Shown here piece after piece: positions 21,051 through 29,939 of a DNA stretch of 64,000 nt; position 1 is the stretch's first letter, and every line of letters begins with the position of its first letter. The translations under genes and the position numbers were made by a program. The stretch spans positions 768,001 through 832,000 of the forward strand of contig OZ242195.1 in the NCBI GenBank assembly GCA_965205975.1. Reading direction: 5' to 3'. Source of the stretch: Candidatus Latescibacterota bacterium. GTDB taxonomy: Bacteria > Latescibacterota > UBA2968. Below the pieces are notes generated by a model that worked only from the letters and a program-made list of their open reading frames with translations, was not told the DNA's origin and did not search any database.

Positions 21051-22685
21051 TTAGTGAATACCAAACCAGAACAGATCACGCGGAGACACAGGATAATCCT
21101 GGCGGATAATCTGTTCCATCAGGCGATCTTTCATCTCCCGGCGTAAAGCGGCATGCTCCGGATCATTGACAAGATTCTTCTGCTCGTCCGGATCCGCCTC
21201 GAGATCGAAAAGTTGCTCGCCGTGTCCATCGGGGTAAAATGTATATCGGTATCTGGATGTGCGTACGGTGCGCGCCCAGGCTCCCAGAGTCCCTGGACCG
21301 AAGCATGGAAAAGATTCAACGTACGCCTCTTCCCGCCAATCGTCCGGCACCTCTCCACGGCAAAGCTCAACCAATGACCTTCCTGAAATCGCTGGCGCAC
21401 TGTCGTCCAGGTGGCCACCAAAATGGCGAAAGCGCAGGTGAGGCAGGGGCACGTCGGTCATTTCGAGAATGGTGGGGCAGAGGTCTTCCAGTTGTACGAT
21501 TTCCTGGCATATGGCGTTTTTCTGCAGGCCGGGACCCACAATGATTAGTGGCACTCGAATACCGCCGTCGTAGTGGCGCTCCTGTTTTTGCCAGAAGCCG
21601 TGATCACCGAGAAATTCACCGTGATCAGACACAAAAATGATGTACGTGTTGTCAAGACGCCCGGCGTCTTGCAAAGCCTTCCTGACCCGACCCAGTTGTT
21701 CGTCCAGGTGGGTAATGTCGGCAAAGTAGCAATGACGCTCGTGGCTGAGATCCGGTATCAGGGGGGGCTGTTCATTCGAACTGGATGTAACAGCTATATC
21801 TTTCATCCAGGATGGTCGGTCGTCGCTCTCGCCGTGCAACACCCGCGCCATTTTCTGAAAATATTCGGGTGCGTCAGTATCGTTGAGCCAATCCGCCGGG
21901 ACCGGAGCGGGGATTTTCTCGGGGTTGACGCGGTCCATGAATTCGCCTGGGGGACAAAACGGGCCGTGGGGTGCCACGTAGCTGATATGGACAAAGAAAG
22001 ACTGCTCCGAATGGGTGTCGCGGATGAAATCCAGCGCCCTTGCAGTTATCCACGATGACTGCGATACCTCCTCGGGAAACGGCAGTGTATAGGCCTTGGG
22101 AGAGTTCTTGGGCCACGCCTCTGTGGGGTGTGGATAACGCTCTTTAGCGGCGCGTATGGCCGGTCTCAGATCGACGCCATCGGGACCGTATTCGGCGTAA
22201 CCCGGAACAGCGGGCCAGGCCGTTGAAAGGGCCGCTTCATAATGTTCAGGATGCGCCTCTTTGACCCAGTCGAGCCACTCGCCAGCGCGGTCATCCTCAG
22301 TGCCGTGTACGACATCGAAACCATAGGGGTGGTAGTCGTGTACGAGGCTTTCGTGATGCGGCCTGAGGTGTAGCTTTCCGAAAGCGCCAGTCCGCCACCC
22401 TTCCTTTTGCAGTGCTTGCATGAAGGTCGGAATCTCAGGGTTGAGCGCGTATCCGTTCATGATCAAACCATGCGCTCTCGAACAAAGCCCGGTGGCAATC
22501 GTTGCCCGGGTAGGTGAGCATACCGGATTGCTGGAGAATGTCCGGGCAAAGGACGTGCCGTTTTCACGCAGCCAGTCCAGGTTCGGCAGGGCGCAGATTC
22601 CTCTGTCCCGAGCCACTTCGAGCCACCTGGCCGACAACTGATCGACCATGAAAAGGATGACGTTGGGTTTGTTTTGTGACTGCAT
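21051..22685 (-). CDS. Sulfatase (Cys-type)
   Basis: KPNVILFMVDQ, CSPTR, GKLH, SDHGE and LFDLEADPDE motifs. Confidence 0.95.
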   Translation of the reverse strand: MQSQNKPNVILFMVDQLSARWLEVARDRGICALPNLDWLRENGTSFARTFSSNPVCSPTRATIATGLCSRAHGLIMNGYALNPEIPTFMQALQKEGWRTGAFGKLHLRPHHESLVHDYHPYGFDVVHGTEDDRAGEWLDWVKEAHPEHYEAALSTAWPAVPGYAEYGPDGVDLRPAIRAAKERYPHPTEAWPKNSPKAYTLPFPEEVSQSSWITARALDFIRDTHSEQSFFVHISYVAPHGPFCPPGEFMDRVNPEKIPAPVPADWLNDTDAPEYFQKMARVLHGESDDRPSWMKDIAVTSSSNEQPPLIPDLSHERHCYFADITHLDEQLGRVRKALQDAGRLDNTYIIFVSDHGEFLGDHGFWQKQERHYDGGIRVPLIIVGPGLQKNAICQEIVQLEDLCPTILEMTDVPLPHLRFRHFGGHLDDSAPAISGRSLVELCRGEVPDDWREEAYVESFPCFGPGTLGAWARTVRTSRYRYTFYPDGHGEQLFDLEADPDEQKNLVNDPEHAALRREMKDRLMEQIIRQDYPVSPRDLFWFGIH

Positions 22686-22695
22686 AATGATTTCT

Positions 22696-23634
22696 CTATG
22701 CTGATTTTCCGGACGGGCAGATCGTGTCTATCTTGTCCAGGGTGGCTCTATCGAGTTCCCCATCGGCAGCGGCAGCGTTCTGTTTTGCCTGCTCGGGTGT
22801 CTTCATTCCGGGAATGGGGCAGGTAACGGCAGGATTGGCGAGGGTGAACCTGAGCGCGAGGTCAACCATGTTCATGCCTTTGGGTACTAACTCGCGCAGT
22901 GCCGCAACCTTGTCGAGTTTGGCGAGGAAATCATCGCGTTGACTTTTTCCTGGATTCCAGAGATCTCGAACCGTGTCTTCAAACCTTGTATCTGCGGTGA
23001 ATTTATCCGCCAAAAGACCCTGAGCGATTGGTCCTCGCAGTAACACCCCGATATTGTTGTCCAGACAGTGGGGGAGGATGTCATTTTCAGGTCGCCGGTT
23101 AAGGAGCGAGTAGTTGATTTGGCACGATGCACATGCGCCCTCTGAGTTGAGCGCTTTGAGCGAATTTAGGTCGTTGGTAGATATCGCGTAGTGACGGATC
23201 TTTCCCTCTTTCTTTAACAACTCAAAGGCTTCGACAAAGATCTCGGGATGTTCCGGGGTTCCGATGTGACACTGATACAGGTCGATATAATCTGTATCGA
23301 GACGGTAAAGGCTTGCGTGACAGCAATTGATGATGCTGTATATCGTCCTGTACCCGAGGGGGTCTCCCTGACGGCGTCCCCAGTTGCCAACCTTTGTCGC
23401 GATATAGACCTCAGATCGCTTGCTTTTCAGCGCTTTGCCTGTGTAGATTTCACTCTGACCACAACCGTAGCCATCCGCGGTGTCAAACAAATTAACGCCC
23501 GCGTCGAGAGCCGCGTTGATGGTGTCGAGGGCCTGCTTTTCTTCAACCGGGCCCCACTGGCCGCCGATGCCCCAGCATCCCATGGAGACAGTGCTCACAT
23601 TCCACCCCGTTTTCCCAAGCGTTCTATACTGCAT
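22696..23634 (-). CDS. Aldo/keto reductase
   Basis: YRTLGKTG, FDTADGYG, IATK, YIDLYQCH and PIPGM motifs. Confidence 0.95.
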   Translation of the reverse strand: MQYRTLGKTGWNVSTVSMGCWGIGGQWGPVEEKQALDTINAALDAGVNLFDTADGYGCGQSEIYTGKALKSKRSEVYIATKVGNWGRRQGDPLGYRTIYSIINCCHASLYRLDTDYIDLYQCHIGTPEHPEIFVEAFELLKKEGKIRHYAISTNDLNSLKALNSEGACASCQINYSLLNRRPENDILPHCLDNNIGVLLRGPIAQGLLADKFTADTRFEDTVRDLWNPGKSQRDDFLAKLDKVAALRELVPKGMNMVDLALRFTLANPAVTCPIPGMKTPEQAKQNAAAADGELDRATLDKIDTICPSGKSA

Positions 23635-23647
23635 GGTATTCCTCCGT

Positions 23648-24496
23648 TTATGCTTTTTTCCGACGAGGCGTCACGCGCCAGTCGGTTCGCAGTTTGGCAA
23701 CGCGGTCAGCCGGCTGCTGCAGGAAGCGCTTGACTCTTACACTGGCTTTCGCTTGCAGCTCAGGCCCGGCCAGTTCCCAGGCATTGTAGAACAGCCGGTC
23801 GCCGTTTGGTACGATGCGGATGTTCAGGGTGCGCCGGGGCTTGTGAGTCTGATTTACGCCTGCGCAATGCAGGCCTCCCGCGTTTACAATCAGTAAATCA
23901 CCCGGATCGCCGGTCGCCTGGATCTTGTTGCTGTCTGAATCCGGCTCGGGATCCATCATTTCGGGTTCGTCGGCTTTGAAACAATGTGTGCGCGGAATCA
24001 ACCGGGTGCCGCCATTTTCCGCTGAATAGCCGTCGAGCATAAAGAAGAACCACAGGCCGTTGTGCTTGCCTTCGTCCGTGAGGCCGGGCCTGAAGTCGCG
24101 ATGGAAGCGCCCCTGCCGCGCTTCCGGGTGATAGCGTACAGTGTTGGCAACGAGATCTAAAAAATGGTAGGTGCCCAGAGCGCGTTCGCAGATCCCGTGA
24201 ACGGTGTCGTGGTCGAGCAGATCCATGGCCGCTTTACCCCACATGAAACAGGCGCGGGCGTTCGGATTGATTGTGAAGTTGCGTTTTCCCTTTCCGTCGA
24301 GAATGCGCACTTCGGGCAACTTCATCCCTCCTCGCCACTCGGCGATATAATCATCCGCTGCACGCTGGGCGATATCCCGAAGAGGGTCGAGATACCCGGG
24401 TGCGATTTGCTCCCGCAGGATGACATAACCGTTTTCTTGCAGATCGGCTACATGTGCGTCCAATTCCCCGTCGCTCATTGGATGGACTGGTTGCAT
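23648..24496 (-). CDS. Phytanoyl-CoA dioxygenase (PhyH)-like Fe(II)/2OG enzyme
   Basis: ENGYVIL, FHRD, NGGTRLIP and GDLLI...LHCAGVN...RR motifs. Confidence 0.9.
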   Translation of the reverse strand: MQPVHPMSDGELDAHVADLQENGYVILREQIAPGYLDPLRDIAQRAADDYIAEWRGGMKLPEVRILDGKGKRNFTINPNARACFMWGKAAMDLLDHDTVHGICERALGTYHFLDLVANTVRYHPEARQGRFHRDFRPGLTDEGKHNGLWFFFMLDGYSAENGGTRLIPRTHCFKADEPEMMDPEPDSDSNKIQATGDPGDLLIVNAGGLHCAGVNQTHKPRRTLNIRIVPNGDRLFYNAWELAGPELQAKASVRVKRFLQQPADRVAKLRTDWRVTPRRKKA

Positions 24497-24511
24497 AGGT
24501 TGATCTCCTTA
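24478..24511. repeat. 34-bp direct repeat copy A (RBS plus first 6 codons of PhyH 23648-24496)
   Basis: ttggatggactggttgcataggTtgatctcCtta; 32/34 identical to 28463-28496. Confidence 0.95.
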
Positions 24512-24535
24512 TTGTTCGTCCACAATGTTTGTCCT

Positions 24536-27043
24536 TCAGTCTTTTTTTAACTCGGGAATATTGTTCGGCATAAAAGATAGCTCTCGCATACCTTCGTCGC
24601 CCAAAAACTGAATTGTAACACCACCTATGGATAGCATGTGCTGCAAATCCTCAATATTTCTCACCTTCTCATTGTCCACAGACAAAATCACAGTATCGCC
24701 TAATAACCCTACCTGAGCGGCTTCTGACTCTGCTGGAACATCAATTACCAAAACACCATCATTGTGCTCTAATTCCACAGCCCCGATCACCGCAGATTCC
24801 CGACCATAATTTACCAGACTACGCAAGGTCGCCCCCATCCAGTCATACAGATCAGCATTGACATAGGTGCCCCAAAACTCAGCGTTTTTATCAAACGCTT
24901 GCCCCAGACCAGACCAGATGCGCACGTCAGATTTGAACCTCGAATCTTGCACACCAAATTGATCCATAGGGAAATTTTCAAATCCGACCTCAGATCCAAA
25001 TTCCGCCCGATAATCTCCAGATGATGGATTGTAAAAACCTGGATCACATGTTTTCGAATGCACGTCCAGACCCAACGCCCTGTGCTCTTCCGGAGGCTCA
25101 TAAACCGCAAACAGATTTTCATCCACCAAATTATCTTCTCCCTGGCAACCCGCCATTCCCATTCCGCGCGGTGAATAAGCTTCTCGACGAACAAGAATAT
25201 TTCGCCAAACCACATCGCCGCTATTGGGATACCAAACGTGTGGGCTGAATAAGGTAGAAATATTGTTCTCTACAGTTCGAAAAAAGCCTTCACGCAACTT
25301 GATACCACCTTGCAAACACAAATTGCCATAAATGTGATAATGCCCGGACCCATCGTCTAAATCAATATCGTATCCATGCGCACATTGAATCCGATTGTGG
25401 CGCAAAACAATTGGATCGACACAATCCAGCTTCGCCATCGTGCGCATGCGGGCGAATTCTTCAGGTGTTGCCTCGCCCTTTAGCTTCATCCAGTACCGAT
25501 CCCGTCCCCACGAATTATAAGCTCCGTGTTCTCGCGTGGCCATTGACGTATCAAAAATATCGTTCCATTCAATCACATGTCCACCCCAACATCCATCGTT
25601 CACATTGATCGCAGCACGCGGCACATCGTAAATACTATTATGGCTGACTGTAATCTCTTTGGCCTTAGAAATGAACACACCTGCAATCTGTTTCTCTACA
25701 CTGCCCAACTGCGTCATCAAATTGTCGTGAATCACACACCGGGCCGGATAATTGTTGTTCTGAGGCCCTGCTTCTAAATCGACCAACTCATGTCCTTCAT
25801 CCAGCATTTCAGACGGCAACTTTGCCATACTCTCATTCTCAAATGGCCTGCCATTTACCATCGGTGTTTCACCCCGCATACCTTCAGGCCACCCCCACCA
25901 ATGTGCCCATCGCGACCTCACGGCAGAATTATTTCCCTCAAGTAAAACAGCACTCGCACCCGTCTTTACAAACCGACACCCGCTCACAGTGACGTCCCGA
26001 CTATAATTTTGAATAAAAACCCCATTCCCACCTATGCGCTCAAACGAGCAATTTTGAACGGTGCACAATTCAGCGCCTTCAAAAACAACAGCGCCTCCCC
26101 GATACACCTTCCAATCGCCACCACTTGGTATGACATCCGTTTCCATAAACGTGTAAGACGTATGGGTCAGTGTCAGCCCATCCAGAGTGATATAACAAAC
26201 GGGGTTGTCCTCCGACCCTCGAAACTCAAACAAATGCCTCAGCACCACGACTTCCACTGTGGCATCGTCAAGAGTCTGTCCTTCTTCAGGCTTGAAATAC
26301 AGTGTATGCGTTTTTCGATCTAAAAACCATTCTTTAGGAGCGTCCAATTCTTCAAACACGTTTTCAATAAACATCCGTCCTTCAGCCAACACATCATACG
26401 GATTGGTTCTTCGCCCACTGTTTTGCCACCCACCTTCTACCTTCCGATCCTTCTCGTACTCAAAGGTATAAACCCCATCTGGATCTTTTTCCAAAATACG
26501 AAAGTGCAATGTACCCCACCCCATCGACATCATCCCGTGTACAAAAGCACCCACCGGATTGGCATATCCTTTTAAGCGCGCCGAATCAATGGCATCTTGA
26601 GAGGTCTCTGGCGAAATCCATCGAATGCTGCCATCAAAAAACCCATCTCGCGGATCAGCATTTGGATAGCGACAGCGAACCATCTTTTCACCATTGATAA
26701 AAAGCTGATCAAAATCCAAGCCCTCAGGCACCTTAGCCTTCACCAGCCCATCTCCGGCGTCTTCCCAAATCAAGTCCACAGACTCTGCCCCACTAACAAC
26801 AACCTCTTCGTCCTCATAAGCCCGATAAACAATGGGCGCATCTTTCGTCCCAGAATCTTCTGCACCAAAAATGAGTGTCTCGTTCAAATAATAAGTTCCC
26901 TGTCTCAAGCACACTGTTATCGGCCCGTTTTGTTTGCATGCACGAACAACCTCTTGCGCCTGTTTTAGCGTAGCAAGAGGTTGTTCTTCGGTGCCAGAAT
27001 TTCTATCATCACCTTTAGATGAAACAAAAAGCGTCTGACCCAT
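24536..27043 (-). CDS. Right-handed parallel beta-helix protein with C-terminal PDZ-like domain (GH141-like)
   Basis: FVSSKGDDRNSGTEEQPLAT, LRQGTYY, HNSIYDVPR and DIDLDDGS motifs; PDZ-like tail AAQVGL-x-GDTVILSVD. Confidence 0.8.
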   Translation of the reverse strand: MGQTLFVSSKGDDRNSGTEEQPLATLKQAQEVVRACKQNGPITVCLRQGTYYLNETLIFGAEDSGTKDAPIVYRAYEDEEVVVSGAESVDLIWEDAGDGLVKAKVPEGLDFDQLFINGEKMVRCRYPNADPRDGFFDGSIRWISPETSQDAIDSARLKGYANPVGAFVHGMMSMGWGTLHFRILEKDPDGVYTFEYEKDRKVEGGWQNSGRRTNPYDVLAEGRMFIENVFEELDAPKEWFLDRKTHTLYFKPEEGQTLDDATVEVVVLRHLFEFRGSEDNPVCYITLDGLTLTHTSYTFMETDVIPSGGDWKVYRGGAVVFEGAELCTVQNCSFERIGGNGVFIQNYSRDVTVSGCRFVKTGASAVLLEGNNSAVRSRWAHWWGWPEGMRGETPMVNGRPFENESMAKLPSEMLDEGHELVDLEAGPQNNNYPARCVIHDNLMTQLGSVEKQIAGVFISKAKEITVSHNSIYDVPRAAINVNDGCWGGHVIEWNDIFDTSMATREHGAYNSWGRDRYWMKLKGEATPEEFARMRTMAKLDCVDPIVLRHNRIQCAHGYDIDLDDGSGHYHIYGNLCLQGGIKLREGFFRTVENNISTLFSPHVWYPNSGDVVWRNILVRREAYSPRGMGMAGCQGEDNLVDENLFAVYEPPEEHRALGLDVHSKTCDPGFYNPSSGDYRAEFGSEVGFENFPMDQFGVQDSRFKSDVRIWSGLGQAFDKNAEFWGTYVNADLYDWMGATLRSLVNYGRESAVIGAVELEHNDGVLVIDVPAESEAAQVGLLGDTVILSVDNEKVRNIEDLQHMLSIGGVTIQFLGDEGMRELSFMPNNIPELKKD

Positions 27044-27100
27044 AAAATCACTCCTTGCACACCTGGTTTTGAATAAGGGGTCATACTTATTTGGCGGAAA

Positions 27101-27256
27101 TCAGGATTGGAAAATCGTCCCGGGCCACGGGTATGCGTTGGATCCAGCATCATCGTCGATGGGGCCTTCCGGCAGTGTGGCTTGCCAATCCATGACCTGC
27201 TCTGACATCTGCTTGACCAGGGGCTCTTCAAATTTGGCGTGATTGACGAGTTCCAT
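27101..27256. repeat. 156-bp direct repeat copy A (sulfatase 3' end)
   Basis: 151/156 identical to 32138-32293. Confidence 0.95.
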
Positions 27257-28447
27257 TGGGTCTGCGGGAATGTTGTAAAGTTCAACACGACTTCTGTCCG
27301 GGTTGAGAAGCAGCTTCCAGTCACCCTCGCGGATTGAAAGGATCGGGCTTTTGTGAAGGCAATGGCCGTGAACCCGAAATCGCCACTCCCACATCAACGG
27401 CGTCGTGCGATCTACTGAGTTACCTCGAAAGGCGGCTGTCATATCCTCGCCTTGCAGACCAATGTTGTCGGGAATTTCTACACCAGCGATAGAACAAAAA
27501 GTAGGCAACAGATCTACAGCACATAAGGGCGTCGTGTTGTCAACTTTGCCTTTTGGTCCGCCACTGCCTGGCCACCGAAGAATGAAAGGGGTTCGCACGC
27601 CGCCTTCGTAGAGGCTTCTTTTTCGACCTCGAAAGGGACCAGAAGAACCGACGCCACTGTGTGACGCATTTCGAACGTGGATATCCTCAGGGCCGTTGTC
27701 AGCTGAGAAGATGACAATCGTGTTGTCGGAAAGGCCCAGTTGGTCCAGCCGATCCATGAGCCGTCCAATGTGGTAATCTGCGTTGGTAACGACAGAATAG
27801 TAGATGCGTAGTGCACCTTTGTGTTTGTCTTCCAGGCCTTGAGCGGTAAAATTCATATAGGGTTCCATCTGCTCCTCTGTAGGATCCAGAGTGGCGTGGG
27901 TATCGAGCAACCACGCTTGAACAAAGAAAGGCTCATCCCGATGTCTTTCGATGAAGGATACGGTTTCATCTATAATTACCTCTGTAGATTGAGATCTGCC
28001 TTCGGGGGTCTCAATGGGGGGTCCGACCGCATTGAATGTTTTGGATTCGTCAATCCCATAAGCCGTGGTATCGGGTGCTTCTTCGCCCCTTCCCAGGTGC
28101 CACTTGCCAAAGTGTCCAACAGCATAGCCACTTTGTTGCAGGAGACCCGTGATGGTCGTTGCATCGGGATCCAACCAGTCTGGCATGCCGCGTTGGGCGT
28201 TCTGCTCGTGACCGGCAAAATGGCCATGTATGCCCCAGTGGGCAGGAAATCGACCCGTCATGACCGCTGCCCGGCTGGGTGAGCACACACCCGAGCACAC
28301 ATAGAATTGTGAGAAGAGAATACCCTGCGAAGCGAGCCGATCCAGATTTGGCGTTTTTACAAACTGGTGGCCGTAGCAACTCAAGTCACCCCACCCCCAA
28401 TCGTCGGCGAAGACAAATACGATATTGGGTCTTTTCGATTCAGCCAT
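27101..28447 (-). CDS. Sulfatase (Cys-type, arylsulfatase-like)
   Basis: RPNIVFVFADD, CSPSR, GKWHLG and DNGP...RGRKRSLYEGG motifs. Confidence 0.95.
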   Translation of the reverse strand: MAESKRPNIVFVFADDWGWGDLSCYGHQFVKTPNLDRLASQGILFSQFYVCSGVCSPSRAAVMTGRFPAHWGIHGHFAGHEQNAQRGMPDWLDPDATTITGLLQQSGYAVGHFGKWHLGRGEEAPDTTAYGIDESKTFNAVGPPIETPEGRSQSTEVIIDETVSFIERHRDEPFFVQAWLLDTHATLDPTEEQMEPYMNFTAQGLEDKHKGALRIYYSVVTNADYHIGRLMDRLDQLGLSDNTIVIFSADNGPEDIHVRNASHSGVGSSGPFRGRKRSLYEGGVRTPFILRWPGSGGPKGKVDNTTPLCAVDLLPTFCSIAGVEIPDNIGLQGEDMTAAFRGNSVDRTTPLMWEWRFRVHGHCLHKSPILSIREGDWKLLLNPDRSRVELYNIPADPMELVNHAKFEEPLVKQMSEQVMDWQATLPEGPIDDDAGSNAYPWPGTIFQS

Positions 28448-28462
28448 TGCGATTCTCCTTTG

Positions 28463-28496
28463 TTGGATGGACTGGTTGCATAGGATGATCTCTTTA
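28463..28496. repeat. 34-bp direct repeat copy B: orphan 5' stub of the PhyH gene (mini-ORF MQPVHPTKENRNG*, 28481-28440)
   Basis: ttggatggactggttgcataggAtgatctcTtta, in the intergenic space upstream of sulfatase 27101-28447. Confidence 0.95.
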
Positions 28497-28504
28497 ATTT
28501 CGAT

Positions 28505-29653
28505 TCACGAGTTCAGTGCATTGCAGATGACGGCAGGTGGCGCAACTGTTACCGTTTCGCTCAAGGCAAACGGTGCACCTACTGGCGCGGCCACCCAGGA
28601 CTGATCCGGTTGGACATCGTCCAGCGCCGACCAGAAGCCGCGCTCGAGGCGGGGCGAGGACGATGCTTTGATCTCCACCGCGACGAGCTTATTTCTCCGT
28701 CGGATCAGCAGATCGATCTCAGCGCCAGCCGAGGTCCGGTAGAAGCTCAGTTCGGCGTCGGGCACCGCCGCGGCGATTTGCTCGATGACGTATCCTTCCC
28801 AGGAGTTGCCGCGAACCGGATGGCCATCCAGGTCGTCGAAAGAATCCAAACGCAGCAACCGGTGAAGGATGCCGGTATCTCTGAGATAAACACGGGGGCT
28901 CTTCACCAGGCGCTTCTTGACGTTGGCCGCGCAGGGCGAAAGCCGCCTTACCATGTAGGCCTGCTCAAGGATGCGGAGGTAATGTCCAACCGTCTTGCCC
29001 GTTACGCCCAGGGAAGAAGCCACTTTGGCGTGGTTCCACAGATCCCCGTGCAGGTGAGCGCACATCTCCCAGAATTGTCGCAGCGTTATCGCGGGTATGC
29101 GGATACCCAGTTGAGGAATGTCGCGTTCGAGAAACGTCTGGATGAAACTGTCCAGCCACGCCCGGCTCATTTCGTCTGATGGGGCTAGGTAGCTTCGCGG
29201 GAATCCGCCTCGTAGCCAGAGCCTTGACTGATTCTCCGCCCCGATCTCTTCTTCGATAAAGGGTGCCAGTTCGATGAAACCGATACGACCAGCGAGCGTC
29301 TCAGACGACTGCTGGAGCAGAGCTGGAGAAGCCGACCCCAGCACCATGAACTGTCCCGGAGAACCGGTCTCATCGCAAAGCCCGCGAAGTACGCGGAACA
29401 ATTCGGGGACGCGCTGGATCTCGTCGAGGCAGACGATGTGATCCCGATGGCGGCGGAGGTAATCTTCAGGCTCGACCAGACGTGCGACGTCGGAGGGGAG
29501 CTCAAGGTCGAGATAGTGTGACGCCGGCTGTTCAGCAAGCCACGTCTTGGCCAGGGTGGTCTTTCCACACTGGCGAGGCCCCAGAATTGCCGTGACAGGG
29601 AAGTACCTCGCGTATTCAGAGACCTTTGTCTGAATTTTTCTGTTGATGTTCAT
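28505..29653 (-). CDS. AAA_14 ATPase with C-terminal DUF4143 domain
   Basis: GPRQCGKTT Walker A, LDEIQ, LGSAS, RGGFP, KSPRVYLRDTG and EIDL...EIK motifs. Confidence 0.92.
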   Translation of the reverse strand: MNINRKIQTKVSEYARYFPVTAILGPRQCGKTTLAKTWLAEQPASHYLDLELPSDVARLVEPEDYLRRHRDHIVCLDEIQRVPELFRVLRGLCDETGSPGQFMVLGSASPALLQQSSETLAGRIGFIELAPFIEEEIGAENQSRLWLRGGFPRSYLAPSDEMSRAWLDSFIQTFLERDIPQLGIRIPAITLRQFWEMCAHLHGDLWNHAKVASSLGVTGKTVGHYLRILEQAYMVRRLSPCAANVKKRLVKSPRVYLRDTGILHRLLRLDSFDDLDGHPVRGNSWEGYVIEQIAAAVPDAELSFYRTSAGAEIDLLIRRRNKLVAVEIKASSSPRLERGFWSALDDVQPDQSWVAAPVGAPFALSETVTVAPPAVICNALNS

Positions 29654-29654
29654 T

Positions 29655-29689
29655 CTTGTAATATGGGAGTCTATCTCCCGATTTGCAAG
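29655..29689. promoter_or_regulatory. Imperfect inverted repeat immediately upstream of the AAA ATPase (possible operator or hairpin)
   Basis: cttgtaatatgggag-tctat-ctcccgatttgcaag. Confidence 0.45.
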
Positions 29690-29715
29690 GATAAAACAAA
29701 GTAGGCGGTAAGCCT

Positions 29716-29859
29716 TTACGCCCCTACGGTGCAGTTTTCAAACCTGGTGGCTTCGCTGGCAAAGCGATCCAGATGAGGTGTCGCTCCGACGGGATTGCCA
29801 TAGCATCCTAATGCGCGAGCGGCAAGATGCTCAATGGTGATCACCACAATGTTTTTCAT
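29716..29859 (-). pseudogene. 47-aa N-terminal sulfatase stub
   Basis: MKNIVVITIEHLAARALGCYGNPVGATPHLDRFASEATRFENCTVGA*; stops before the CxPxR motif. Confidence 0.85.
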
Positions 29860-29939
29860 CTCTTATCCAGTCTCTGTGGATGTGTAAAAGGGCTGATCAC
29901 GATATTCGGGTAGGAACCGCTGTTGTTATCACCCATCAT
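29856..29939 (-). pseudogene. 27-aa chimeric mini-ORF (sulfatase-like start plus foreign end)
   Basis: MMGDNNSGSYPNIVI-SPFTHPQRLDKR*; TGATG overlap upstream and ATGA overlap downstream. Confidence 0.6.

Noticed and set aside
20975..22673. Similar 5' sequences of the two adjacent sulfatases (KPNVI..MVDQ)
   Set aside because: The proteins are paralogous along their length, so the similarity is explained without a recombination patch.
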